In this document: piece after piece, positions 39,705 to 51,067 of the stretch
Numbering within the stretch: position 1 is the first letter of the stretch
Layout of the letters: each line of letters begins with the position of its first letter
Assembly: GCA_002633005.1 (NCBI GenBank)
Contig: NMRA01000245.1
Location: 124,001 to 188,000 of the forward strand
Source of the DNA: Phoronis australis
Taxonomy: Eukaryota > Animalia > Phoronida
Length of the DNA: 64,000 nt
Reading direction: 5' to 3'
Notes under the pieces: generated by a model
What the model was told of the DNA's origin: nothing
The model's input: only the letters and a program-made list of their open reading frames with translations
Databases searched by the model: none
Position numbers and translations under genes: made by a program

Positions 39705-40049
39705 AACTATTTACTGTATACAGTAACCAATTTACGATTTAACTATTTACTGTATACAGTAGCCATTTTATTATTTAACTATTTACTGTATACAGTAACC
39801 AATTTACGATTTAACTATTTACTGTATACAGTAGCCATTTAATTATTGAACTATTTACTGTATACAGTAACCAACTTATGATTTAACTATTTACTGTATA
39901 CAGTAGCCATTTTATTATTGAACTATTTACTGTATACAGTAGCCATTTTATCATTGAACTATTTACTGTATACAGTAGCCATTTAATTATTGAACTATTT
40001 ACTGTATACAGTAGCCATTTAATTATTGAACTATTTACTGTATACAGTA
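39705..40049. repeat. 36-bp minisatellite, 10 cores, each with the palindrome TACTGTATACAGTA
   Basis: Unit aactatttactgtatacagtagccattttattattg. The sister copy (38601-38658) has only 2 units. Confidence 0.95.
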
Positions 40050-40584
40050 AAATCTCGCCAATTAAAGATACAATATGGCAGACAAGTGGACTTGTTTTAA
40101 ATTTTTCACAAGAGACATGCAGCATTAAATAACTGTTTTCTACTTGTATAGTTCTGTACCCTATCTACCACCAGCCAGACAGTGTTGAGAGAAATCGTGG
40201 GAATTCACAACAATGCTAGAGGCCTCTGAAAAATGTGATAGTGAATAACTTAGGCAATGATTTTGCGTTTGCCACCAAACACAAACATCACGAACAGCCC
40301 ATCTTCTAATCACACTCGCCAAATCTAACAACAGTTGACATACTGAATGGTTAACTTCGGTACATCGTATCTTATCGGCCGACTTTCAGATACTAATATG
40401 TTCTCCAAAATGTGGTTAGGGGTCATTTTTAAAATGTTCCACTTAGGGACAAGATACCCTAGAGCAGGTATTGTGAACATGAAAAGCGTCAACGTCTTCC
40501 AGTGGCCACTTCACTTTTCTTTCCTTTAGATTCAGGAGGGCAAAAACACAGCTTCCTTAAATTTCTTCATCTTTTGGTAGCCTC

Positions 40585-41092
40585 CAGGGCTTGGAATTTT
40601 CCGCGGAAACGTGGATTTCGGCTTTTTTCCAAATGTTCTGTCCGCGCATTTTATTATATTTTCGCGTAAAAAAATCGGATTTGATATAAAATTTCCGCGG
40701 CAAATTCCTTTCTTACCGCGACGTTGCAGACGACATTCACCTCGAAAAGCGTAAGTTGCTCTTTATGTTTCGGAGGAATGTTAATTGTCAACATTGCCGG
40801 GGCATCTGGGATAGCGTGGTGGGATTTTCAATGGCGTCTCGTGTTGTTGTAAACCGCGGCGACAAATACTGTGGCTCTGCAGCCAAAAATGTGTGGGTTG
40901 GGAGTGGACGGACGAGCTAAAAGGGCGCAGACGCATGCTACTGATGGTGGTAACGTTTTATTTTATTTTTTTTTAGTCCTCCCGATTTTTGTCGGGGAAA
41001 GGTTCACATCGACCATTTCAAGGCTGGGTAGCGCGCATGATTTGGGCCGTAAAAGTTTCCGCGTTTTTTGTCATTGGTCATTCCAAGCCCTG
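40585..41092. mobile_element. hAT-like non-autonomous element (CAGGG termini) with a 6-bp flanking direct repeat
   Basis: Perfect 13-bp TIR cagggcttggaat / attccaagccctg, flanked on both sides by AGCCTC. CpG-rich interior, no transposase. Confidence 0.8.
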
Positions 41093-44000
41093 AGCCTCAT
41101 CAAGTATGCTTTTCGTAGGTTACGCGCTTTTTGAAAAATTTCCGGACAGGGTGGAAACAAGGGCTAGTGATTACATTGAGATCAGCCACTCACTCTCTGG
41201 TGGTGGTGAAGTCACAGTCTCAAAGTAAGCACAGTTCAGACACTTATGAAAGTCGTTAACACTTGACAACAAACAGTGAACCTCCTAGAACTCGACCGAG
41301 TAATCTCTAGAGATGCTCTCACTGTACACTGAAAACCCTGAGACTAAGCTTCAGACTGAAGGCAACTACATACAACTAGCAATAAGGTTAAATCGCACCG
41401 ATTTACGACGCAGTATGACTGAAAATTGACATTATGTTATCCCATTTTTTTCATAAGCAAGTAGCACAAAATAAAATGCTTCTTCACATTTAAATTCTAC
41501 ACCAACCCTCAGACAATGTTTCGAGAACCTGTGTCAATTCAAAACAATGTCAGGAGACTATGAAAACGAAGAAAGATTAATTCTAGCAACTAGTTTTGTC
41601 CAAAATTGATAACATCTTATTGAAGATGAAAGTAAACCAGAGATCTGCGCCATGGTCCAGAATGAACGAATGACCATCTATTAGAGTTGTCAACATTCCA
41701 AAACAAGTAATGACAAAGTAGGGTATCTGGATATTGGTCATATCGTAAGAGGAAATGAACGTCACAACTCTCACAAACATCATGACGAACAAGAAAATAG
41801 GGGTATACATCGTAGAAAAGTATTGAAACTATGCCAGCTGGTATGTAAATATCGATGTTCATTCGAATGCTTTGGCAGGATGCAGGACAAATCAGCCTTG
41901 TGTACTTGTGCAACAAAACAATCTCAAAACTGTGAAAGATCACTATCAATCAACTAAATAGCCAGCCATTCAAAAAAGTCTATGAGCAATGATGTAGAAA
42001 CAAAATAAGTATAGATTGGCTGATGACCTAGCCACATAAAAGCCTCGATATACGCAAGCCCTTTCTTCTCGATCAATTAGTCGTCACAAAGCCAGCACGT
42101 AGACAATTCCCTGGTGTTTGAGATTTGCTTTTTTTGTTGAAAGAATAGTGCAAGTACTTGGAATAACGTGTGCGTGCGACCCAGTTTATGAGATGATTGA
42201 TGAATTTCCAGCCACAAAACACCTGATTGTGGGGGTGGAAATGAGCGAGAAGCAATGAAGCTAATACAGATGTGAAATAGAACACACCTGATGACATTAA
42301 AAACAAATTGATACATTTTAATGACACGAGACTGCAGCATATAAAGCAATCACCAAAACTAATTTAACATTTCTAATATTTCCCTGAATAAATCCTTACA
42401 ACTGTTTTAGCAACGTCTGCCCATCTCAGTCAACAATGGCGTGTATCAGCCTCCAACTAGGTCAAAGGGTCACTAGATGAAACACCCCTAATGAATAATG
42501 GTTTGGCCAAGGCTATCTTATTTGAATTCTTGTGGCATGTGTGACTGATAAATCTCACCAGGATCAATACTAGCCAGTGATTAGTGGTGTCAGTTTCCTT
42601 TTATAGCATAATGAAATGTGACAAGCCGGTGAGGCACCAAGTGGGGGTTTTTATGTGGTTCTAGGAAAATGTCTAGTGCATGAAGAGAAGGTACAAACAA
42701 CAAATTACCATCGATAAATAAACAACTACGCTTTGGAAGGGTCATATCATGGTTGGCAGTAGAATGAATTGTGCCATGGAAATCAATGAAAATAATTTTT
42801 GATTTTTTAACTGGGTAAGCCTTTCAGGTAGGCTGAGTATACTAAAAATTCTGTTAATTTTAGTCCAAATAACGCGCAAGGTAATCAAGATGAGAGAAAA
42901 CAAAAGCGCCATAATAGTCATTTACACTGATTCCGTATTTTGAGAACCAGTTTTCTCAACTGAATTATTGGTTCTTGAAATCCAGGACTCTTGCAAGTAA
43001 AAAGGCTGTTAAAACATACTTCGTGTTCCCTGCCAAACAAAAGTCAAGCTAGGAAAATGTTATACCATTATGCTTTGAGAATCAATTTTTATCATGCACA
43101 GATTCAGCCCTTGATTTCTAATTTCCCAAAGCATGCGCATAAGTAATACCTCAGGATATAATTGTGATGCAAGCCAACAGCACTGTGAATGAATAATAGG
43201 CTCGTGTAACCTCGGGCAACAATAAAAACACAGGTGTAAATGGACGACTGGCGACACAAACCATGCTGGTTTCCCCACATGCATCCCCTGGGGCTGACTG
43301 GCGCCCAGACTTCAATGTTTCGGTTTTCTATTTTTTGTGAATGACCGTTTGGAAACTTAATGGGAAACTAATGAGCAATTTACTACTTGCCTAGCCTCTA
43401 GGAGTAAGTAACTTGCTCCAAATCACCCAAAGTAGCCAGAAAGAAGATGGCGCCCGAGTTACAACACCAGTCGGAGCTCTCGAGGAAATCACCGCATCAA
43501 AAACCAGTCAAATTATTTGTAAAGATAAACGTGACATATCACCCCACAAATATGATCCGAGATTCACAAAAAATATTACCCTGAATGCAACTTGATACCA
43601 CGTAGAAATCAGCCTGTCCACATGGATAGATAGCTCTTTCTAAAGTTCACCCTTGTTTTAGTTAGGTCGTATATCATTACAGGCTAGCACAGAAGATTAC
43701 TGTTATCAGCTTTACAACTACTAGGTCAACCATCTTTATCTGGAACATGTGACATGTCACTCAAACAACAGTAGATCCTTGACCGGTCACTGCGCTCAAT
43801 CGCAAGCAAATGACTTGAATCATTGACAAAATGACACCGATTACATGTTTAGAGCAGTAGTGAATCAATCCAGCCATTCCTGGATGACCTCGTTTCTGAA
43901 TCGGAAACCTCTGCACAACTGAACCCTTTGATCGCACAAATTTGCTTATTCAACCAGTCAAGGTAAAATCCCCATGACAACAAACTTCATGTTTTACAAA

Positions 44001-44484
44001 GCACCCAAACAACTCTATCATTCTCTCACAGTCAACATGTTTACATGCAAAAAGCTGTAACATAGCTCTAACATCATGGAACTTTAAATAATCCCTCTTC
44101 ACAGATTCGTATAAAGTTGCCTTTTGTTCCTGTTTAGTGTCAGTGTCGGATGCTCAACTCAAATGCATTAGGCTTAAAAAACAAAGAACACTAACACGTG
44201 CTCACCCCATCTTGAATTATTGCCAAATGAGCCAGCGTACCCCATATTCAAATCCGCAGTTTTAGGGTTGGCCAACCCCATCAGGCTCGAAAGCGTTTTA
44301 TTTCTTCAGTAGCCGATGATTTCAATGTTGGTAACAAACAAAATAGTACCTTTGTGTGGAATACTGATTTTATTAGAGTAAAATGCCTAATTCAGCTAAA
44401 CAGGGCAAAATGAGGTAGAATTGATAGTACTATCATTTACGATAAATTACTATAACAGTGGAGAGGAAGCAGGGTGGGAAAGGA

Positions 44485-44523
44485 GTGAGAAAGCAACGTG
44501 AGAAAGCAACGTGAGAAAGCAAC
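44485..44523. repeat. 13-bp tandem repeat, 3 copies (gtgagaaagcaac)
   Basis: Direct inspection. Confidence 0.85.
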
Positions 44524-44637
44524 GTCAGAATGGCTGGTGTGATAGACCAGCACCTTAATATCATCAAAATAAGGTGACCGCGAAACTTGTAAAGAGCGTG
44601 GATAAACAGAATGGATATTTGAAATTATATCTGCAAT

Positions 44638-45062
44638 AGGGCCGCCCCGGATTACTTGGCCATAGAACTCTCTTTTTTTCAGGCGATAAGAAAGCGCGTA
44701 ACCTCGTTTTGAAAACAGCCAATTTTTTGGGTCTCTCATTGATGTCAGGAAGACGAAGAATGGCAAACGTCCATCCACGGGTATTTGTCCAGTTCATCAA
44801 ACTTTCTCACGTCAGTTACAGCCCACAGCACAACAGTAATACTTCATTGGCAAAGGAAGGACGAATAGAGCAATGTAACCGATAAAAATTTGTAAAGAAT
44901 CATAATAACATGTGAACCTCCAGCAGTAAATATGCCTGACAGATGTTTATGGCATTGTGTGTAAATACAGCATTGTGGGTAAATACAGCATTGTGGGTAA
45001 ATACAGCATTGTGGGTAAATACAGCGAGATTCGAGTGTCTTTGTGTAATCCAGGACGGCCCT
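44638..45062. mobile_element. ISL2EU/PIF-Harbinger-group MITE with AT target duplication
   Basis: TIRs agggccgccccggattac / gtaatccaggacggccct (16/18). Flanks caAT...ATtg reconstruct the target caATtg. Carries an internal 18-bp x4 repeat gcattgtgggtaaataca (44952-45025). Confidence 0.75.
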
Positions 45063-45212
45063 ATTGTTACAGACAAGCGATTATAATTCTACTTCAATCC
45101 AACACCTCTGACATAAAAAGTTCGAGCCGCAATGACAAACAGGTGCAATCAACTGGTTCAAGACTGCCGTACATCAACCATGGCCACAAGGACAACAACA
45201 TAAGTGACCTAC

Positions 45213-45297
45213 CTCCATCACCTAACAGAATCATCTGTATAACGGCCGGGTCCTCATTATGCTCCTCAAGCACTGTGTCGTCAACGATATTCAACTC
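45213..45297 (-). CDS. JMJD1C: KDM3/JMJD1C exon (ELNIVDDTVLEEHNEDPAVIQMILLGDG)
   Basis: Acceptor tattttcag|GAG, donor G|gtaggt, 85 nt, phase 0/1. Matches the family motif VMNDQVLEPQNVDPSMVQM (recalled). Confidence 0.93.
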
Positions 45298-45384
45298 CTG
45301 AAAATAGATGGAAAAAACGAAATTTGGTTACAGGGATAATGATGACGAATGAGGTCAACTTCCACCATTTTTCCAGAGCATATA

Positions 45385-45871
45385 GTACCATCCACACACA
45401 GATTTATGGATGTAACTGTGCAAGCGTGCAGCAGATAATTACTGCCACCTTGCACCAGGTTAGAAATGGTGCAGATTACCCTATATCAAGTTACCCTTCC
45501 TCGATAAGGTGGAAAAAGTTACCACGAGTCGATTAAGTTGCCCCCAAACCTAGCGACAACTCCTTTCAGGAATAAGTTGTTCTAGGCAGGGCTTGAAATG
45601 ACTAATGACAAAAAAAGAAGAAAATTTTTCAGGCGACTCATCGTTCTACAAATAAGCTTGTGCGATAGAAATATTTTTGTGTTGTAAAATTCAACTGAAA
45701 TAAACGTTTTTCAATGAAAAGAGTGAAAATACAGATAAAAAATAGACAAAAAAGACGAAACTGGAAATCCAAGCCAAAAAAGACGAAATCCTCTTAAAAG
45801 AAGAAAACTCCAAGCCCTGTCAGGGACAAAGCTGTGTGTGGAAGTCCTTTAAATCTGTGAGTGGACGGCAC
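45385..45871. mobile_element. Diverged Harbinger-like MITE (family of 5946-6319, opposite orientation), interrupted by a nested element
   Basis: Ends gtaccatccacacacagattt / aaatctgtgagtggacggcac. Interior caaacctagcgacaactc..tcaggaataagttgttctagg matches the reverse complement of 5966-6007. Confidence 0.7.
45587..45819. mobile_element. hAT-like MITE nested in the Harbinger-like MITE
   Basis: TIRs cagggcttgaa / tccaagccctg. The left end cagggcttgaaatgactaatgacaaaaaa matches the reverse complement of the right end of 40585-41092 at 27/29. Confidence 0.8.
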
Positions 45872-48568
45872 TTAAGTTTACGAATTGTGTCAAGAAAATG
45901 AAAAGATGGATGGAGCAGAACAGTGAAGAAGTAACCAATTTGTTTGTTCATTACAAAGATTTAGTTTGCCACTATAATTAGGCACATGTCAAAACCACAT
46001 GGTGTGCCATCTATATTTGGGATTAGTTTAGGGGTGTTTTTTTTTAATACCACTAGATAACACTCCAAGTTAAACGGTAAACAACTGACCAAATAGAGTT
46101 CATTGAGTGTTTCTAGCTAATGTTAACACAACACTCAACTGCGGTTTCCACTTTGCTCTAATTAGCACTGCCAGGGTCTCCATATATTTGCTTAAGCAAA
46201 GCCGTATTATAAATTCTATAATCATCATTATAATGTATCATGTGATTTGCTCTATCCTCTAGTTATGAAAACCTACGAAAGCTAGCGGGAATTCGACCAA
46301 GCCAATTAACTTAATTAACGGACATCGTGCTATTGTCGACCCAATTTCTAATCAACGCTGTCAACATATCGAAAATGCACTATGAATTTCAATCAAGTTG
46401 AAACACATTGTGGTTTTCAATCGAGGAGAGCTGCAATAATTTCATTTCAGTGCGCTGTATGATCTCTCAGAATTAGGACACAACATGGCTGACGAGAGAA
46501 ATTTCATTTCGTCACTTTTCCATGCAACATACGAAGCGTCAAATTAAATGCAATGTCACGTTTAAGTTTTACACCACAGGTATCATCAGACAAAGTATTG
46601 AAGACATATCGGCATTGACAACAATGTTTGTAGCATTTGAAAAAATGAAAAAATGTGAATTTTGGCTATTGCTGCTGTTGTTCGAGATTTTACGGTTTAA
46701 TTTCAGTATGTGAAATGTGTATTACCACTGGCTGTGTCCTTGCAGCCAGACTTCATACAGTAGTTCTATATGCCACAATTAGTACACCATTTCAACACCA
46801 GGGTCACCGTGAACCCCTCAGGCTTACTTTTGGTAATGCCTGGTGTCCCACCAGTCATTTACCAGGCCATAAAACAACAAATGACCCAATGAGGATTCTA
46901 ATTCATTCAGGCTGTCAAATCAAAGCAAATACTTGCAAGGGCTTCATAACAAAGAGCGAGGTTCTACCAACAGTAAATCACACCCAGACATGAGAAACCA
47001 ACAGAGTGGAATTTAATGCTTGGTCACGCTGCTTCGCCAACATCAATGAAATGTTGAGTGAACAAATCGATGTGTACCACTCCACAAGGTGTTACCTGGT
47101 GATCAAAGACTAACCCATATTTCGCAAATTGTTTTTATATATCATTATACTGGACCAAGAGGGCATAAATAGGTGAACTGGTTCGATTAGTTGCGCTTCA
47201 GAAGCATTGAGATGAAGCATTAGCGAGAAGATTAATTGTTTTGAACTTTTGTGGGGATAATCATAATTGCGCTAATAACATCAGATCAACATCTACGTGC
47301 TTTTATCACAAGTCAATCAGGACAAGTAATGAAAAATAATTCGAAAACCTTTCAAGGAAGCTATGCTGTTCCCTCGAGGTCTAAAATCGATTTCATTGTT
47401 TGCTCGACTTCTAAAGTGTTTCAGTTATTTGATTGTACAGTATTGCCGAAGGTAAAATTGAATAAAAACACGCACACAGAGGCTAACCCCTTTGACCTTA
47501 GTCAACTCTTCCAAGATGTAGGTCAAACCTTTAGAGGTTTCTCTCTAACCAAACAAGCTATGTTAAACAAATCACATCCTGTGAAGACAACAACATTAAC
47601 ATAACTAAAATGCTTTTAGGTACCCTCCAATAGTAAATTAATGAGCCCCTATAAATCAACACTTGCTCGATGCTTACACTCAGAAAAAACGTGCCACTGT
47701 TATCAAATCACGGCTTTATTAGAGTAGGGTGCAAAGCCATCAGTTACTGAGAAACTGTGTGATTTGACTCATAACAGTGTAATATATTTCCCAGATAAGG
47801 GCTACTCGCCTAATTAATTCCATTGAGATGATAAACAACTTTAACTATGTTGGTTAGGGTTCTGAAGTTTCACTGCACTTTAAAACGCAGGAGTTAACGC
47901 AGTCTGTGCACTTTTGTAGATAACAAAAGTGACAATTGTACCACGCAAGATATTATACAGTTGGAAAAATTTGTATTTTTTATTACGATGATCTCAATCA
48001 ATATGAGGTTAGACAAAGCCCCTCCTACGTTCATCAGAAACTCAGCCAGGATTTCACAGCACCTTGCGCTCAGTCCGTTGATTAGTAGGCCTGTGTTTAA
48101 CAGATAACCTGTCTAAGATCCTATTGTGTGCCGTAGAACAATTAACCATGAATGATAGCTTCACAGTAATACAACAGTGGCTAATATACAATGTTACGTA
48201 CTACCGTGGACTAAAACGGGTGATTTTTTAAACTGTTCCGCTTATGAAGTTGAATTCGTCATTAAAATATGTTGGAATCATTTCTACCCGAAGAAATACA
48301 ATTAAATTTTCCAAAACCGATGCATTAGGTTTTGTTTTTCAGATAGGATTTTTCTTTGAACCGCCGCAGATAATTGGCCAACAACCGGTGATGCTGGACA
48401 AAAGAGCACATGAACGCTAACAATGGACAAGATCGATATCTGGACTAGTCTCAATTTAGATACCGCTGTCGAATGGAGGTGAAATCAGACAGGAGGCTTT
48501 CTGTAATGTTCACACTTGTAACAAGCATACCAATACACAGTAACACGTTCATTCTATGTTCACATTAC

Positions 48569-48775
48569 CTTTGTGGTGTCGTTGTAACTCTTGATGACAG
48601 CTGTGTACCACTGTGTGGTCCCCTCGGCCCGGTACACCTGTACCCTCTCCCCCACCAGTACGGAGGGTGTGGTCAACAGGATACTCTGACCGTCCTGGTA
48701 CTCTGTCCACTCGTGAATGGCGTCCCGCACCTCGGGCAGATCCTTGGCTGGCCCAGGGAGACCAGCTATGTCGTC
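48569..48775 (-). CDS. JMJD1C: KDM3/JMJD1C exon (DDIAGLPGP...VGERVQVYRAEGTTQWYTAVIKSYNDTTK), Tudor-like segment
   Basis: Acceptor tttgtttcag|GAC, donor AAG|gtaatg, 207 nt, phase 0/0. Matches JMJD1C GYRVRVYRQDSATQWFTGII (recalled). Confidence 0.95.
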
Positions 48776-50731
48776 CTGAAACAAAGAGGCACGTGCACGT
48801 CACAGCTGGGAAAAAATAAAATAGATGCACTCATCACCTCATTGTTCATCAGAGCCTTCTGATGCTGCATACGATAATTATCCCTAACTTATATTACGTC
48901 AGTTTGAAAAAAATAATAGAAGACATATATCCGAGAAGTGGCATAATATAAGACGAAAATGCAAGATATGTTAAATTTACTAACTAACGAATATGAATTA
49001 TCAGCGTTGTGTTTGCTAGCATGCCCGTTATTAGCATTCGTTATCTGGTATAATTAACGACATATTTCATTACTCAAGTATCTCACTGCTCCACCTATAT
49101 TGTATTTTTAAAAACATCATGGGGAGACAGAGGAGGAGACAAGGAGATCAACAGAGAGATCGAAAAGGACAAGACAAAATGAGAGAAAGGCGAGATTAAA
49201 CCAGTACGTAAGGTCATGAAAACTACTAGATCGAAAGATAAGAAGTCCCAGTCCCATTTAAAACTACCATATGTAGATCGTTTGTTGGTTTCAATGCCAA
49301 GAAGCCAAAACCCTGAGGGACTGGTAATAAATTTCTAGAAACAGACCACCGTATGCTGAAGTACTAAACCACAGAAACTGCATGTTACTAATTCAATGAA
49401 CTGCAAACGGCATCTAAAATGGTCGACAAAAAGAAACCCAAAATGTCGTACAGCTTGTTGCAGAAACTGCAGATCAGGGGTTAGTAACCTAGGTAATGAA
49501 GGAGCAGAGATGACTTGAGATTATTTCATCAAGTTAAGTAAGGCCCAGCAGGCGATGTGCCCGACAGGCGATGCGATGCGGGTGAGGCCAATTGCGCAAG
49601 CAGCAGTATTACAAACTGTGAAAACATGAGTGAAACACAGCCACCAGCAAGTAGCATACAATGTTATGCTGGTGGGAAGCCAGTGTACTATACCACTTTC
49701 TATGTGAACCACATGCACTGCTGCAGGCAATCTACATCAAAAGACTCGTACACGGCCAATCACAATGAGGTCAGTTTCAAGACATGAGCAGGTCGTGGTC
49801 GCGTGGGATTTGCTGTCGGGGACAGTCGCGACTGAAGTGGCGAAAGTAGTTAATGAAATTGTGCCTTCGCGTAGAAATTCGGGGTCACAGTGCAGTTCTA
49901 GAAATGGATCTGGCGTCGCGTGTCTATGAGCTAAGACAGAGATAGCCCCACGGCAAGCTTAGCCACAAGGCAAAACACGTTATGATCAGAGTCACTCACT
50001 AACTAATCTACAAGCAGACATTCCCTCAGCGAAATCCTGAATTGACATCTATCATTTGATCAAATTCTGGAAAGGGTTATCAAAACTGCTCATTGAACTT
50101 TTGGGAAGCACCGGGTAACATTTTTTGATGTAACCAGCTCGCCACTCATTTACAAAGGACTGCAGAATGCAGTTCAACATGTTCAAAACAGCTAGCATGC
50201 AGTCCCTAAGTAAGGGTATTACGTTACATACCTCCACCAGAGGCTATGGAAAACCTTTTTATTGACAAACTTAATATTGCTAAAACGTTTTAATGAAGTG
50301 GAACGCCAGCTGTCGAATTGTCACACGAAATGGCATTAACCGTGAGTATTTACAATAAGCGACATCATTCCGCACGTGCAGCTGGCTGCTATTTCGTTTT
50401 CCATGGAAACTGCCATATCCTGCTTGGGTATGAGACAGGTTAGAGGTTCCCAGGTCAAACGCTTTCACGTGACAAATTTAAATTGTTTTGATTGAAGATG
50501 AAAACATTATTTATCCTTTTAACTTAAATGTTCCAGCTGAAACGTTTTAAAATGCTCGTGTGAATTGACCCGATAGGTAGTTATAGTCCATATTTAGAAA
50601 CAATGAAACATTTTAATTTTAGTTAATTCTACTCATCTTTTGTGGAAAATAAAATAAATTACAATTGTCCATATTGTGTTGTAAATTGGTGAGATTTTAC
50701 TGTGTGATTGCCTTAGTAACTGGCTGCCTAC

Positions 50732-50848
50732 CTTGAACGGCCTAGTGTCTGCCTGGTCCACGTACTCTAGCTTAGCATCATGAAGGCACTCAACAGGCTG
50801 GTGTTTACTGCAGTTCAGCCCCACCTGGTCTACCAAAGCTGTGTAGTT
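50732..50848 (-). CDS. JMJD1C: KDM3/JMJD1C exon (NYTALVDQVGLNCSKHQPVECLHDAKLEYVDQADTRPFK)
   Basis: Acceptor ctctttccgcag|AAC, donor AAG|gtaggc, 117 nt, phase 0/0. Corresponds to the JMJD1C segment TFKPLVE...VEFLVDKQLDFL...FQPYQ (recalled). Confidence 0.9.
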
Positions 50849-50932
50849 CTGCGGAAAGAGGAAACAACGACTCTGTTAATCACTGTACAGACTTTTGACA
50901 TCACAGAGACTAGTAACTATAAATAAATAAAG

Positions 50933-51067
50933 TGCTGTAATGGTAAAATCAGAGGTAAGTAGCCGCCGAAAGCCCACCGTATCACCTTGAGCATTGAACG
51001 TAACATACGGTGCGTAGGCGCTACATTCAAATGTTAAAAGGTGGATGACTGCGCCTACGCCCCACTA
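50933..51067. repeat. Dispersed ~135 bp repeat with two hairpins, copy 2
   Basis: Homologous to 4155-4287. Perfect stems caccgtat/atacggtg and gcgtaggcgc/gcgcctacgc. Confidence 0.85.

Larger units (their letters stand above)
38229..40629. repeat. ~1 kb direct duplication across the N gap at 39235 (38229-39234 vs 39338-40629; probable alternative haplotypes)
   Basis: The copies are collinear and nearly identical, differing mainly by scattered substitutions and VNTR length. Confidence 0.9.

Noticed and set aside
39617-40049. CRISPR-like array (36-bp period, palindromic repeat)
   Set aside because: The linkers are near-identical variants rather than unique spacers. The context is a eukaryotic intron with no cas genes.
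39883-40125. ORF with LLYTVNSSIIKW repeats
   Set aside because: It is a translation of the 36-bp minisatellite.
38952-40529. Two near-identical 60-aa ORFs (38952-39134, 40347-40529) suggesting duplicated small genes
   Set aside because: They arise from the gap-associated duplication of non-coding sequence and have no coding hallmarks.
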